Shown: piece after piece, positions 1 to 7,920 of the stretch
How positions within the stretch are numbered: the stretch's first letter is position 1
Layout: each line of letters starts with the position of its first letter
Virus record (IMG/VR): IMGVR_UViG_3300011429_000010
Reading direction: 5' to 3' (one strand)
Source: an uncultured virus (IMG/VR IMGVR_UViG_3300011429_000010)
Taxonomy: Duplodnaviria > Heunggongvirae > Uroviricota > Caudoviricetes
DNA length: 20,000 nt
Program-made: the position numbers and the translations under genes
The notes under the pieces: model-generated
What the model saw: only the letters and a program-made list of their open reading frames with translations
The model's database searches: none
Told to the model about the DNA's origin: nothing

Positions 1-422
1 CGTTCGTTGATATACCACAGATATTGAAACGGCACATCATCCGCGGTTTGTTTGCTCCACTTTTCGAACTTCGCCCACTTGGCGACGTCGATCGCGTTCC
101 AGTGTTCCATGGACTCGCGCGTCATGCCGTCGATGTACAGCCATCCGCCCGACCGGCCAGCCTGATAGAGCTTGGTGGACTGGCCGAATATTTCCTTGGC
201 GTCTTCCTCCGCCTGTTCGAAACAATGACGGCACGCCTCGTCCCATGCGTGGTTCCGATCATCATCGCTGACGTTGGCCTCAATCCAGGCCAGCGTAAAC
301 CGCGGATCCCGTTCCACCAGCATGGCAAAGTCTTTTTCAGTCGGCGCGCGCGTCACCTTGACATTGACGACCGGCCGCGATTCATGGTCGTAATAGCGTA
401 CGGTAATATCGGATCGTTTCAT
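1..422 (-). CDS. Hypothetical phage protein (partial, runs off left edge); MKRSDITVRYYDHESRPVVNVKV...YQAGRSGGWLYIDG...
   Basis: Translated by hand (absent from the ORF track because there is no stop in the window). ATG at 422 with AAGGA upstream, open to the window edge. Contains GRSGGWL, a motif I recall from phage hypothetical proteins. Confidence 0.8.
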   Translation of the reverse strand, partial: MKRSDITVRYYDHESRPVVNVKVTRAPTEKDFAMLVERDPRFTLAWIEANVSDDDRNHAWDEACRHCFEQAEEDAKEIFGQSTKLYQAGRSGGWLYIDGMTRESMEHWNAIDVAKWAKFEKWSKQTADDVPFQYLWYINE

Positions 423-445
423 TGGCTGTTCATCCTTGCTTGCGG

Positions 446-658
446 TTATTCGGCCATTGCGGGCGGGATCTTGATCCCCTCGTCATTCTTGTCAGCGAGA
501 AACACCAACCCACCGAATTCTGCAATCACGCTGATGTGCGGCATGAACGCCAAATACTGGTTAGCAATTGTGACCGTGGCGCAAATACCATGCACGCGGA
601 CCATGCGCCCGAGTGCGCGGATGTACAACGCCTCGTGAGGCTGGAGAATGATAATCAC
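446..658 (-). CDS. Small hypothetical phage protein (VIIILQPHEALYIRALG...)
   Basis: GTG start overlaps the TGA of the upstream gene (GTGA, 655-658), consistent with translational coupling in a co-oriented gene string. Confidence 0.7.
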   Translation of the reverse strand: MIIILQPHEALYIRALGRMVRVHGICATVTIANQYLAFMPHISVIAEFGGLVFLADKNDEGIKIPPAMAE

Positions 659-879
659 CGGGGCACCACACGCGCGCGCCAAAAGGGCTCGTACATAAAT
701 GGGACGTCAAACCAGATTGTGTGATCGATCTGGTTGACGAATGGCGCCGCCCGCTTGCCATGCTTCGCCAGAATGGCGCGCGCCTCCGGGGTGTCCTTCA
801 CATACAAATCACTCTCGTGATTGTCCAGCGGCACACCAGCCGCAAGCAATTCATCGTACAGGCTCACATCCTCAGCCAT
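655..879 (-). CDS. Small hypothetical phage protein (DNHESDLYV motif)
   Basis: 74-aa ORF with GAAGGGA upstream, overlapping both neighbours. The HESDLYV motif resembles small phage early proteins (recollection). Confidence 0.8.
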   Translation of the reverse strand: MAEDVSLYDELLAAGVPLDNHESDLYVKDTPEARAILAKHGKRAAPFVNQIDHTIWFDVPFMYEPFWRARVVPR

Positions 880-1483
880 TGGCCGCCGTCCCTTCTCGCG
901 CTTGCCGGTCGATTTCCTCCAGCGCGATCACGCGTGCAACCGCCTTGACCACACACACAGACTCGGACAAACTCCAGCAGATTGTCCCCGGCTGCAAAGG
1001 CTGGCCACACCACGAGCGCGCCATAATCCCATTGCTCCGATTATGTTCGCGGATGATCTGCAGGACACTCGGGTGGACGGCGTCCCACCGATGCAACGGG
1101 ATCGCGTTCAAATGGCGATCCGATTGAACCGCACGCGCCAATTCGGCCGGCGTGGCGATCCAGCTGACCATCCGCGCGAGCGCATCCCACCCGATACAGC
1201 GCGCCAGCGACTGGTAATAGTCCTCGTGACTCACGAGATGATTCATGTAATCGGCGCGCGTCCAATCGTCGGCGGCATCGCGCGCCGCGTCACGAGGCGC
1301 CAGCCAGACCGTTGGCCCGTAGTGCGCCTTGAGCATATCGGATGTGACCTTGTAATCCTCCAGGGTGTACAGCTCGCGCAACGCGCCCGTGTGATCGGTC
1401 ACCATGGCCACGGTCGGCGCCTCCGGGTACGGGTACACGATCTTGACGCCGGGGTACTTGGCTTGCCAGTCTGCAAATGTCAT
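872..1483 (-). CDS. Hypothetical phage protein (203 aa)
   Basis: ATGA overlap with the upstream gene at 1480-1483; protein-like composition. Confidence 0.8.
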   Translation of the reverse strand: MTFADWQAKYPGVKIVYPYPEAPTVAMVTDHTGALRELYTLEDYKVTSDMLKAHYGPTVWLAPRDAARDAADDWTRADYMNHLVSHEDYYQSLARCIGWDALARMVSWIATPAELARAVQSDRHLNAIPLHRWDAVHPSVLQIIREHNRSNGIMARSWCGQPLQPGTICWSLSESVCVVKAVARVIALEEIDRQAREGTAANG

Positions 1484-1923
1484 GATCGATCAATCCCTTC
1501 CAGGTTCAGATCCCCGTCTGCGAGCTGCACAAACATAAAACCCAATTCGCGCGTTTTGATGATGCACCCGCCACGCGCCGGTCCTTTGGTATGCTCGGGA
1601 TTTTCGGCAAGGCAAAACATGCCCCACAACGCCGACGTGGACGTGTACACGTACTGCGCATAGCCCAACGTTTCGGCGATCCGCTTGCCGCGCACGAAGT
1701 CTTTTCCCGACCATTCCAGCTGTGTGAGCGGTTCCGTGGTCACCATGGCCACGCGCGCGCGGTCTACGGCCCGGCGTGACGTCCGGCCGGCGATCTCGCA
1801 CTGGGCCGCGCTGAGGACGCGATCGATCACGCTCCAGACGGATCGCGGCGCTGATTTGGTGATGATGGGATCGTACGGCGCCGGCTGAGACTTCGCGCGT
1901 TTACTTGCTTGCTTGCGTGCCAT
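1480..1923 (-). CDS. Hypothetical phage protein (147 aa)
   Basis: AAAGGA SD upstream of ATG 1923; coupled to the downstream gene. Confidence 0.8.
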   Translation of the reverse strand: MARKQASKRAKSQPAPYDPIITKSAPRSVWSVIDRVLSAAQCEIAGRTSRRAVDRARVAMVTTEPLTQLEWSGKDFVRGKRIAETLGYAQYVYTSTSALWGMFCLAENPEHTKGPARGGCIIKTRELGFMFVQLADGDLNLEGIDRS

Positions 1924-2101
1924 TGTCTAATCCTTTGCTTGGCTGGATGATCTCGCCACCATCAATCGGCCGCGTGGTACTGGCCAGCCGATCAATCCAC
2001 CATGCGCCATTGTAGTACCACATTTGCCATGGCTCGCCGCGGAGATCGGCGTTTGCCCGTGCTTGGGCTTTTGCGCGTGTGTAGTCATGGCCGGCGTTCA
2101 T
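1901..2101 (-). CDS. Small Trp-rich hypothetical phage protein (66 aa)
   Basis: GGAG SD upstream of ATG 2101; fills the gap in the minus-strand gene string. Confidence 0.7.
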   Translation of the reverse strand: MNAGHDYTRAKAQARANADLRGEPWQMWYYNGAWWIDRLASTTRPIDGGEIIQPSKGLDNGTQASK

Positions 2102-2107
2102 GGTTGG

Positions 2108-2317
2108 TTACTCCACTCTCACAATTACGTACGTGGTCGGCGCTTGACCACTCAGCGCGAATTCTTTAAACGTGAATTCGTCCACGAGCAAGTCAGTCGG
2201 CGCCGCGCCACCCCGTACGATCTTGCCGTACGTGCTGATGTACGCGTTGTCCAGGCTGACAGGACCGCCCATAACAGGATCGCCCGTGAGCGTTTGAATC
2301 TGAAATAGCTTGGCCAT
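2108..2317 (-). CDS. Small hypothetical phage protein (MAKLFQIQTL...)
   Basis: ATG at 2317 preceded by AAAGGT and abutting the stop of the upstream gene (2319). Confidence 0.7.
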   Translation of the reverse strand: MAKLFQIQTLTGDPVMGGPVSLDNAYISTYGKIVRGGAAPTDLLVDEFTFKEFALSGQAPTTYVIVRVE

Positions 2318-2318
2318 A

Positions 2319-2606
2319 CTAGTACCTTTGTTCGCTATCGGTCGATTTGGACTCACCAACGGCCATTAGAACCGCGTCCAGCAATCGCCCGGTAAAGTGT
2401 CGCACAAGCGCCGCGCGCAACGCGGTACCGCCCTGGACGGCCGCAAACGCGTCATTCATGGCGCCGCAGTACAGCCCGAGTGCATTCGGGTTGTAGTACT
2501 TGCCGCGTGCCTGTCGTTGATCGTACGCGGTGATTGCGTGCATGATCGCCGCGTGGATGCGTGCCGGGTGTGATGCCGCGGTGACGTCCGCAAAGGGTTT
2601 AGCCAT
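2319..2606 (-). CDS. Hypothetical phage protein (95 aa)
   Basis: GAGG SD upstream; 8-nt overlap with the upstream gene. Confidence 0.75.
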   Translation of the reverse strand: MAKPFADVTAASHPARIHAAIMHAITAYDQRQARGKYYNPNALGLYCGAMNDAFAAVQGGTALRAALVRHFTGRLLDAVLMAVGESKSTDSEQRY

Positions 2607-2880
2607 TTGATCGCCTCACGCCGCCGCGCGTCCCAAGGGTTAATACGACGTCCGGGCCATCCTCGTGATACTGGCCACCGCGATACAAGTGCATTTCGCA
2701 CGTGTCATCATCCACACACGGAAACCGCGGATGTTGATCCGCGCGCGCTTGGAGTACTTCGCCGGCCGCGCGGATAGAGCTATAGAATTCATGATCGCGC
2801 GTGTTGTGGCCGTCCGGCGCCGCGTAATTGCTGCCACCGTACCATAAACCTAAATACCGGCCGCGATAAAATATGGCCAT
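2599..2880 (-). CDS. Hypothetical phage protein (MAIFYRGRYLGLWYGGSNY...)
   Basis: ATG 2880 with GGGAGAG upstream; ends with the short motif GTRGGVRR. Confidence 0.75.
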   Translation of the reverse strand: MAIFYRGRYLGLWYGGSNYAAPDGHNTRDHEFYSSIRAAGEVLQARADQHPRFPCVDDDTCEMHLYRGGQYHEDGPDVVLTLGTRGGVRRSNG

Positions 2881-2894
2881 GATTGATCTCTCCC

Positions 2895-3506
2895 TTACTT
2901 CCACTTGATCGACGTCGCCCATGCGCGGACGTCCGGCGCCGCGCGGCCAATGGTGTTATGCCCGTCATCCTTCCAATACACGGCCGCGATATCCTCCGGC
3001 ACCTGGATCAACAAATGGCGGTACGCGGGCGGTACCTTTTGATAATCCATTGGGAGACCGTCACTGCCAATCGAGCCGCTGACAGACAAGGTGCAATCCC
3101 CAATACGGATCGATCCCATCATAAAATGCCCAAACTGGCGCAAGCTACAGCTCCGGACCACAGCCCATAACATCGGCTGGCCATTCGGGTACTTGTGATG
3201 ATCGCCGGCCGCGTCACGTGCCGCGCGGAAGGCATCGTACGTGTGCTGGACGCATCCACGCGGTTTTCCCGCGTGCATGATCGCCTGAATACTCGCGATT
3301 TGATCTGCAGGCAATTCCGGATCGCGCCATTTGGCCATGGCCGCGTCATACACAGCCACGAGCGCGCAACAGTCCGCACAGCTCGCGCGGATCTCATCCT
3401 CCGCTTTGCTGTCATTCCAGGAAAACAACGCGAGATAATCCCCGCGTCCCGATCGCTGCTCGCCTCCACGCGTGTACCCGCCGTTAGTGTGCTTGCGTAT
3501 GAACAT
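2895..3506 (-). CDS. Hypothetical phage protein (203 aa), contains CADCC
   Basis: TAAGGA SD upstream of ATG 3506; long ORF with protein-like composition. Confidence 0.8.
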   Translation of the reverse strand: MFIRKHTNGGYTRGGEQRSGRGDYLALFSWNDSKAEDEIRASCADCCALVAVYDAAMAKWRDPELPADQIASIQAIMHAGKPRGCVQHTYDAFRAARDAAGDHHKYPNGQPMLWAVVRSCSLRQFGHFMMGSIRIGDCTLSVSGSIGSDGLPMDYQKVPPAYRHLLIQVPEDIAAVYWKDDGHNTIGRAAPDVRAWATSIKWK

Positions 3507-3518
3507 GGTGAATCGTCC

Positions 3519-4004
3519 TTACTTGCTCCGCTGAAAATCGGCCGGATCCAATCGGGTAATCGAATCCTTCCACTTGCGCCAATTGGCCACCGTCCGCCGT
3601 GACGCCTGCCAATGGGCCAGACTCCGCGCGCGTTCACGGCTGGCGCCATGGCACAACGTCCGCAAAATCGATTTAGTCTCCACGGGAAAATGGTCCCGAA
3701 TGACGCCGGAGATCAACGGGCCATGGTCGCCATAGGTGGCGAGCGCGAACGTCACGAGGCGAGCGTACGCGCAATCCAGGGTACTGGCTTGCTCCATTGC
3801 CGTATTTGCTTCGGCCAAATGTTGATCCCGTGTCCAGCTGGCGAATTGCGGCAGACGTTTGAACAGCCGATGATCATCCAGAATGGTAATGGAACGCGTC
3901 CAGCCGTGGCACGGTTTGAAGCGTACATCATAAGGCGCGATGTACGGGTGGCCGGCGGTACCGTAGCTAATCGGTTCACTCGGGTTACTTTGATACATGG
4001 CCAT
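3519..4004 (-). CDS. Hypothetical phage protein (161 aa), probably translated from a leaderless mRNA
   Basis: ATG 4004 lies 6 nt after a -10-like box (TAGGAT, 4016-4011). Confidence 0.8.
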   Translation of the reverse strand: MAMYQSNPSEPISYGTAGHPYIAPYDVRFKPCHGWTRSITILDDHRLFKRLPQFASWTRDQHLAEANTAMEQASTLDCAYARLVTFALATYGDHGPLISGVIRDHFPVETKSILRTLCHGASRERARSLAHWQASRRTVANWRKWKDSITRLDPADFQRSK

Positions 4005-4010
4005 GAGATA

Positions 4011-4040
4011 ATCCTACGCCTCAGCTGTTCACGTTGTCAA
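4011..4040 (-). promoter_or_regulatory. Sigma70-type promoter TTGACA-N18-TAGGAT
   Basis: Perfect -35 (4040-4035) and a TAnnnT -10 (4016-4011) in an intergenic gap, with AT-rich sequence upstream. Confidence 0.75.
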
Positions 4041-4042
4041 CT

Positions 4043-4069
4043 AAATAAACCGTCCAGCTTAGTGGCCGG
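4043..4069 (-). terminator. Possible intrinsic terminator after the 4072-4536 gene
   Basis: Minus strand reads CCG-G-CCA-CTAAGC-TGG-A-CGG followed by TTTATTT, just after the stop codon. The stem is imperfect. Confidence 0.35.
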
Positions 4070-4071
4070 CG

Positions 4072-4536
4072 TTACTCGCGGACGATTGCCACCGTCCGCG
4101 TATCGGTCGCATGGTCGTATGTCTCACACACGTTGGCCATTAATACCGTGTGGAATACATCGCCCAGATAATCCTTGATTTGATTACGATTGGGCCCACC
4201 GATGGTAATGTCGATTGTCGCCCAGAGACTTGCACGAATGGTAATCGTGTGGTCCGTCCAGCCGTCGTACATGCCGGATTCGTTCATGTGGTGAAACGGC
4301 GTCGTCAGCACAATCCGCTCGCCATGGGACCGATCCAGGTCAATGGTGGTCCCGCTGTCGATGCCCGATCCGCGTGGCAGGATCTCCCGTTCGATTAGGC
4401 GGAGTAATTCCGTATGCTTGTCCAGCCATTCGCCATTACCCTTCTCCAGACAATTGAGACGTGCTTGGATGGTACTGGCGAGCATGCGGTAACACGGTTC
4501 GGTACGCGTGCGGATCTCGGTTGTCGTTTCGGCCAT
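4072..4536 (-). CDS. Hypothetical phage protein (LPRGSGIDSG...FHHMNESGMYDGWT motif)
   Basis: GGAG SD before ATG 4536. LPxGSGxD and FHHMxxxGxYDGW resemble a phage family of unknown function that I recall as widespread. Confidence 0.85.
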   Translation of the reverse strand: MAETTTEIRTRTEPCYRMLASTIQARLNCLEKGNGEWLDKHTELLRLIEREILPRGSGIDSGTTIDLDRSHGERIVLTTPFHHMNESGMYDGWTDHTITIRASLWATIDITIGGPNRNQIKDYLGDVFHTVLMANVCETYDHATDTRTVAIVRE

Positions 4537-4544
4537 GGTTACTC

Positions 4545-4724
4545 CTAATACCCAATGGTGGCAATACGCCACGCGTTGAAATCTGCTGTGGCTTCTGGGT
4601 TAGCGTCCCAATCTGGCTCGAATCCGCCACGCTGTAACCATTCGAGCAATGCTTGCCGTAATTCGCGTAAACGTGCTGAGTCGGTACATTCCGCTTGCTC
4701 GGCTAGATTGGCGTTTGGATCCAT
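4545..4724 (-). CDS. Small hypothetical phage protein (MDPNANL...WLQRGGFEP)
   Basis: GGAAGGA upstream of ATG 4724. The MDPNA...WLxxGGFxP pattern resembles small phage early proteins (recollection). Confidence 0.8.
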   Translation of the reverse strand: MDPNANLAEQAECTDSARLRELRQALLEWLQRGGFEPDWDANPEATADFNAWRIATIGY

Positions 4725-4887
4725 GGTTGGTAATCCTTCCCTCAGCTGTACATGTACATCAGCATGGCCATTACTGCCAGCATGGCCACACACGAGATCA
4801 CAACGCCGATTAATCGATCTTCCATTAGCTTTTCCACCGTATCACTTTGGCATCGCGCACACAGACACTCCGCGCGGTAACTATGTT

Positions 4888-5136
4888 TCATAGCGGTATG
4901 ACTCTCCAACCTTCGCGATGTTTGCCATTCTTGATTAACACGTCTGCGGCACGCGCACGTGATTTGAACACAAACGCCTGACCGATATTACTTGCGCATT
5001 CCCAGAACACGCCTAAGCCCAAACGGACGTAATATAGATCGCGCGAATCATGGTAAATGACGAAATGGTGTGGTTGGTGTGTGGAAATGGTGCCACTAGC
5101 GCGCGCATCGCCGTCAGCCATACCCTTGTCATCCAT
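4888..5136 (-). CDS. Small hypothetical protein, first gene of the left arm (start 5136 or 5121)
   Basis: ORF directly downstream of the promoter at 5144-5173. The track's 5148 start lies inside the -10 box and is therefore unlikely. Confidence 0.6.
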   Translation of the reverse strand: MDDKGMADGDARASGTISTHQPHHFVIYHDSRDLYYVRLGLGVFWECASNIGQAFVFKSRARAADVLIKNGKHREGWRVIPL

Positions 5137-5143
5137 GCCGGTA

Positions 5144-5173
5144 ACCATATGCTAGAATAACGCCATGCGTCAA
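5144..5173 (-). promoter_or_regulatory. Sigma70-type promoter TTGACG-N18-TATGGT (leftward)
   Basis: -35 at 5173-5168, -10 at 5149-5144; AT-rich UP-element-like tract at 5178-5198. Confidence 0.65.
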
Positions 5174-5351
5174 GCAGATAATGATTAATTAATTAAATGG
5201 GCGTAGTCCAACGTGTGTGCATATTCCCGCCATGGCCCGACATTTACCGATCCATGGGCGGATTAATGGGCGTGTACCATGAATGGTAATTGAATGATCA
5301 TTGAATGGCCGGAGCCGTGGCCATTGACTGGCCATGATTAATTATCCGACT

Positions 5352-5417
5352 CCGCGCGCATCGCCTCCATGCTGCGCGCGCATCGCCTCCATGCTGCGCT
5401 CGCATCGCCTCCATGCT
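5352..5417. repeat. Three tandem 22-bp repeats, consensus GCGCGCGCATCGCCTCCATGCT
   Basis: Copies at 5352-5373, 5374-5395 and 5396-5417 (copies 1 and 3 each have one mismatch); 14-bp partial copy at 5099-5112. Confidence 0.95.
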
Positions 5418-5639
5418 ATGGGACAAGGGTTATGCCAACGGCCGTTACTACCACATCTAGACAGTCCATGTATGAAGGGAATTGTCTAAGGGTGCCCGCC
5501 GGCCAGGGGGGAGAACTAGCGATCTGGTCATACACGTTTTATTTTTTCGAGGCTGTTTTTTATTAGCTGGCACGCTCACGCGGGCCCTTCCCGGTAGCTC
5601 GAAACAACCTCATCAGGTCTGCCCGCCAAGGGCCCCCAC

Positions 5640-5669
5640 TTGACAGCCACGGCAGCTGAGGGCTAAGGT
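5640..5669 (+). promoter_or_regulatory. Sigma70-type promoter TTGACA-N18-TAAGGT (rightward)
   Basis: Perfect -35 at 5640-5645, -10-like TAAGGT at 5664-5669; preceded by inverted repeat GGGCCCTT/AAGGGCCC (5582-5589, 5628-5635). Confidence 0.7.
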
Positions 5670-5763
5670 GGCCAGCAATGACCGCCGGCCGCGTGAATCG
5701 TGCCAGACGCTCGCGCGAGCCCCATCCAAGGCCCGTTTAACCATCAAATCAAGGGATTCCAGC

Positions 5764-6390
5764 ATGTATCACATCTTGCGCGTCATCGGGTTGGGCGAGT
5801 ATCACGTCATTCGCGTGGAAGGACAGCGGGGCGAGCTGGACCGGCGCGGGCAGCCGCAGACCGGCCAGCCCGAGACCCTGGTCGCTGTGCTGACGGAAGA
5901 GGACATGGACGCGATCGGCGAGAGCTATGGCGACTTCAGGCGCGCGCACGAGCACCAGCTGGAGGAAAACAGGCGCGTGGCGGGACGGGTGGGGGTGCCT
6001 TCGGCGGCGAGTCAGGCCGGGCCGGTGCGGCGCACGGGTGATGCGGATTACCCCCAGTCGGCGTGGCCGCGGGCCGAGGCGGCGCGCAAGGCACCGCTGG
6101 CCCAGCCGGGGGCCGTGATCGAGCTGCCGAAAACCGCTCCGCCTTCAGCGGCGGCGCCGGAACCCGTAGGCACGGCGATTCCTGCCGACGTCGCCAAGGA
6201 ACCGGTGCCGATCGCCGGGCAGGCACCGGGGGCTCCAGCACCGGCGCTGTCAGAGGAAGAGGCGGCACGTGTCGCGGCCGAAACGGGTGGCGCCCCTGGT
6301 GTCGAGGCGACCACAGCGCAGGCGGCGGCCAACGCGGTCCCGCCGGGCGACCAGCCACCGCCGGTGCCACAGCGGCGTAGGACCAGCTAG
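5764..6390 (+). CDS. Hypothetical protein with a globular N-terminus and Ala/Pro-rich disordered C-terminus
   Basis: ATG 5764 with AAGGGA upstream; the track's GTG 5668 overlaps the -10 box. Confidence 0.75.
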   Translation: MYHILRVIGLGEYHVIRVEGQRGELDRRGQPQTGQPETLVAVLTEEDMDAIGESYGDFRRAHEHQLEENRRVAGRVGVPSAASQAGPVRRTGDADYPQSAWPRAEAARKAPLAQPGAVIELPKTAPPSAAAPEPVGTAIPADVAKEPVPIAGQAPGAPAPALSEEEAARVAAETGGAPGVEATTAQAAANAVPPGDQPPPVPQRRRTS

Positions 6391-6392
6391 CC

Positions 6393-7481
6393 ATGGCCGA
6401 TGTGCGCGGCACCAAAGCCCATCAGGAGACCGGCGGCCAAGCCGCGGGCGCTGTTCCTCCGGCAGGGGCTCCACATGAAGTGTCGGCGCCCCTGCAGCAC
6501 GATGCCGGCGGGATCATCTTCGCGGACGGCTCGCGGATGACCCCGGCCCAGCGCGCGGCCGAGAATGAACGATCGCTGCAGCCGCTGAAGTTCCAGGGCG
6601 GCCAGACGGCTGGCGGCGTGGCGGAAGCCACGCAGGCGGCGCGCGCAGGCAAAATCGATCCGTTTTACGCGCGGCTGTCGGCGGCGAATGTGCTGGCGGA
6701 CGGCTATAGTGATGTGCTGGACGCGCCGCCGGTGCCGCGCATTCGCCGCGCCACGCGACCGCCTGTGATCCTCACGGACGCGCCAGACGCGCCCGGCGAC
6801 CCGGCGCTCATCGTCCAGCAAATCGACACGGCGACTGGTGGACTGGTGGACGGGACCGAGCTGATCGACGCCGCCGAGGCGCGCGCCAACGCGCAACCCG
6901 CCCAAGTCATTGGCCTGCCCAACGCGGCCACCGCGCCATCGCTGGAGCCGATTGATCTCAAGCGCATGCCGGCGGCCAGCGATACCGATAGCCCCTCGCG
7001 CGGCCAGCCGCGGATCATCGCCAACCCAGACAAAAAGGTCACGGGGGGTTTCTCGGGCGGCGCGGATTTGCAATACTTCGCGCTGGACGGGCAGGAGCTT
7101 CGTGTATTAGTTGAAACGCTGATGGATACTATCTATCAGCGCATTCAAAATGATCTGCGGTTCAGCATGGCGATTACCTATCCGCAAGTGTCGGCGCGCG
7201 TGGTGATCGAAATTCAGGGCTTCGCCAGTGACGTGGCGATCGTCATCGACCAGATTTTGTCGCCGGAGCATCCCGCGCGCTGCAAAAACCCCATCGCGTT
7301 TGCGCGCACGGTCGCCAATGAAATCGCGTTTGTGCTGGTCGAGGAAGCGGCGGAGACCGATGACCAAGGCCAATCGCTGAATCCGCCGGACGCGATCCGC
7401 GACCAATTAGGGCTGACCAAGCCGCGCAAGCAAGTGGTGGGCGTGGGCGCCGGCCGGAGCTGGGTGGATAGCAAAACATGA
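6393..7481 (+). CDS. Hypothetical phage protein (362 aa)
   Basis: Long ORF starting 2 nt after the previous stop; ATGA overlap with the next gene. Confidence 0.85.
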   Translation: MADVRGTKAHQETGGQAAGAVPPAGAPHEVSAPLQHDAGGIIFADGSRMTPAQRAAENERSLQPLKFQGGQTAGGVAEATQAARAGKIDPFYARLSAANVLADGYSDVLDAPPVPRIRRATRPPVILTDAPDAPGDPALIVQQIDTATGGLVDGTELIDAAEARANAQPAQVIGLPNAATAPSLEPIDLKRMPAASDTDSPSRGQPRIIANPDKKVTGGFSGGADLQYFALDGQELRVLVETLMDTIYQRIQNDLRFSMAITYPQVSARVVIEIQGFASDVAIVIDQILSPEHPARCKNPIAFARTVANEIAFVLVEEAAETDDQGQSLNPPDAIRDQLGLTKPRKQVVGVGAGRSWVDSKT

Positions 7482-7669
7482 GTGTCCTCGCGGACGGCCC
7501 TGCCGGGGACGTCCACGTCGTGCCCATTGACGATCTGGAGCCGCACGTGGACGCCCGCGACTGCTGGTGCCATCCGACGCTGGTCCGTGAGCCCGACGCG
7601 GATCGGGCGGTGGTCATTCACCACAGCGCCGATGGCCGCGAGCTGATCGAGGAGCACGGGGTGAATTAG
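7478..7669 (+). CDS. Small putative metal-binding phage protein (H...H...CWCHP...HHSADGRE)
   Basis: His/Cys-rich pattern; coupled by ATGA overlap. Confidence 0.75.
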   Translation: MSVLADGPAGDVHVVPIDDLEPHVDARDCWCHPTLVREPDADRAVVIHHSADGRELIEEHGVN

Positions 7670-7671
7670 TC

Positions 7672-7920
7672 ATGCGCTTTGGCGTCTATCGTAAAATCGC
7701 GGGGCGTACGGGCGTGGGGATGTTGTACCAATTCCTGTTGCTCGCCCGCCATCACACGACCGATGAACAGGTGGTCGTGTACATCCCGTTGCGGATTGAA
7801 CCAGAGTGGGCGGGCACGATTCGCCCGTGCTTCCTGCACCGCGCCACGTTTGACGCCAAGTTTGAATTTGTCAGTGAAGGGTTACCGATCGGAGTGCGCC
7901 ATGAAACGCCGCCTGGATGA
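7672..7920 (+). CDS. DUF1653-like small protein
   Basis: GVYRK...LYQFLLLARH..T.EQVVVY...F..KF resembles the DUF1653 pattern (GxYxHyKGxxYxVxxxAxHxETxExxVVY). Confidence 0.6.
   Translation: MRFGVYRKIAGRTGVGMLYQFLLLARHHTTDEQVVVYIPLRIEPEWAGTIRPCFLHRATFDAKFEFVSEGLPIGVRHETPPG

Noticed and set aside
24..4893. Long plus-strand ORFs over the left arm (for example 24-638, 821-1663, 3612-4178)
   Set aside because: Antisense shadows of the coupled, SD-bearing minus-strand genes; such open frames are common in GC-rich DNA.
5352..5417. Possible mini-CRISPR array
   Set aside because: The repeats are directly adjacent with no spacers, and there are no cas genes in the window.
5369..5566. 65-aa ORF in the control region
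   Set aside because: Starts inside the tandem repeat, has no SD, runs through T-tracts and lies upstream of the rightward promoter.
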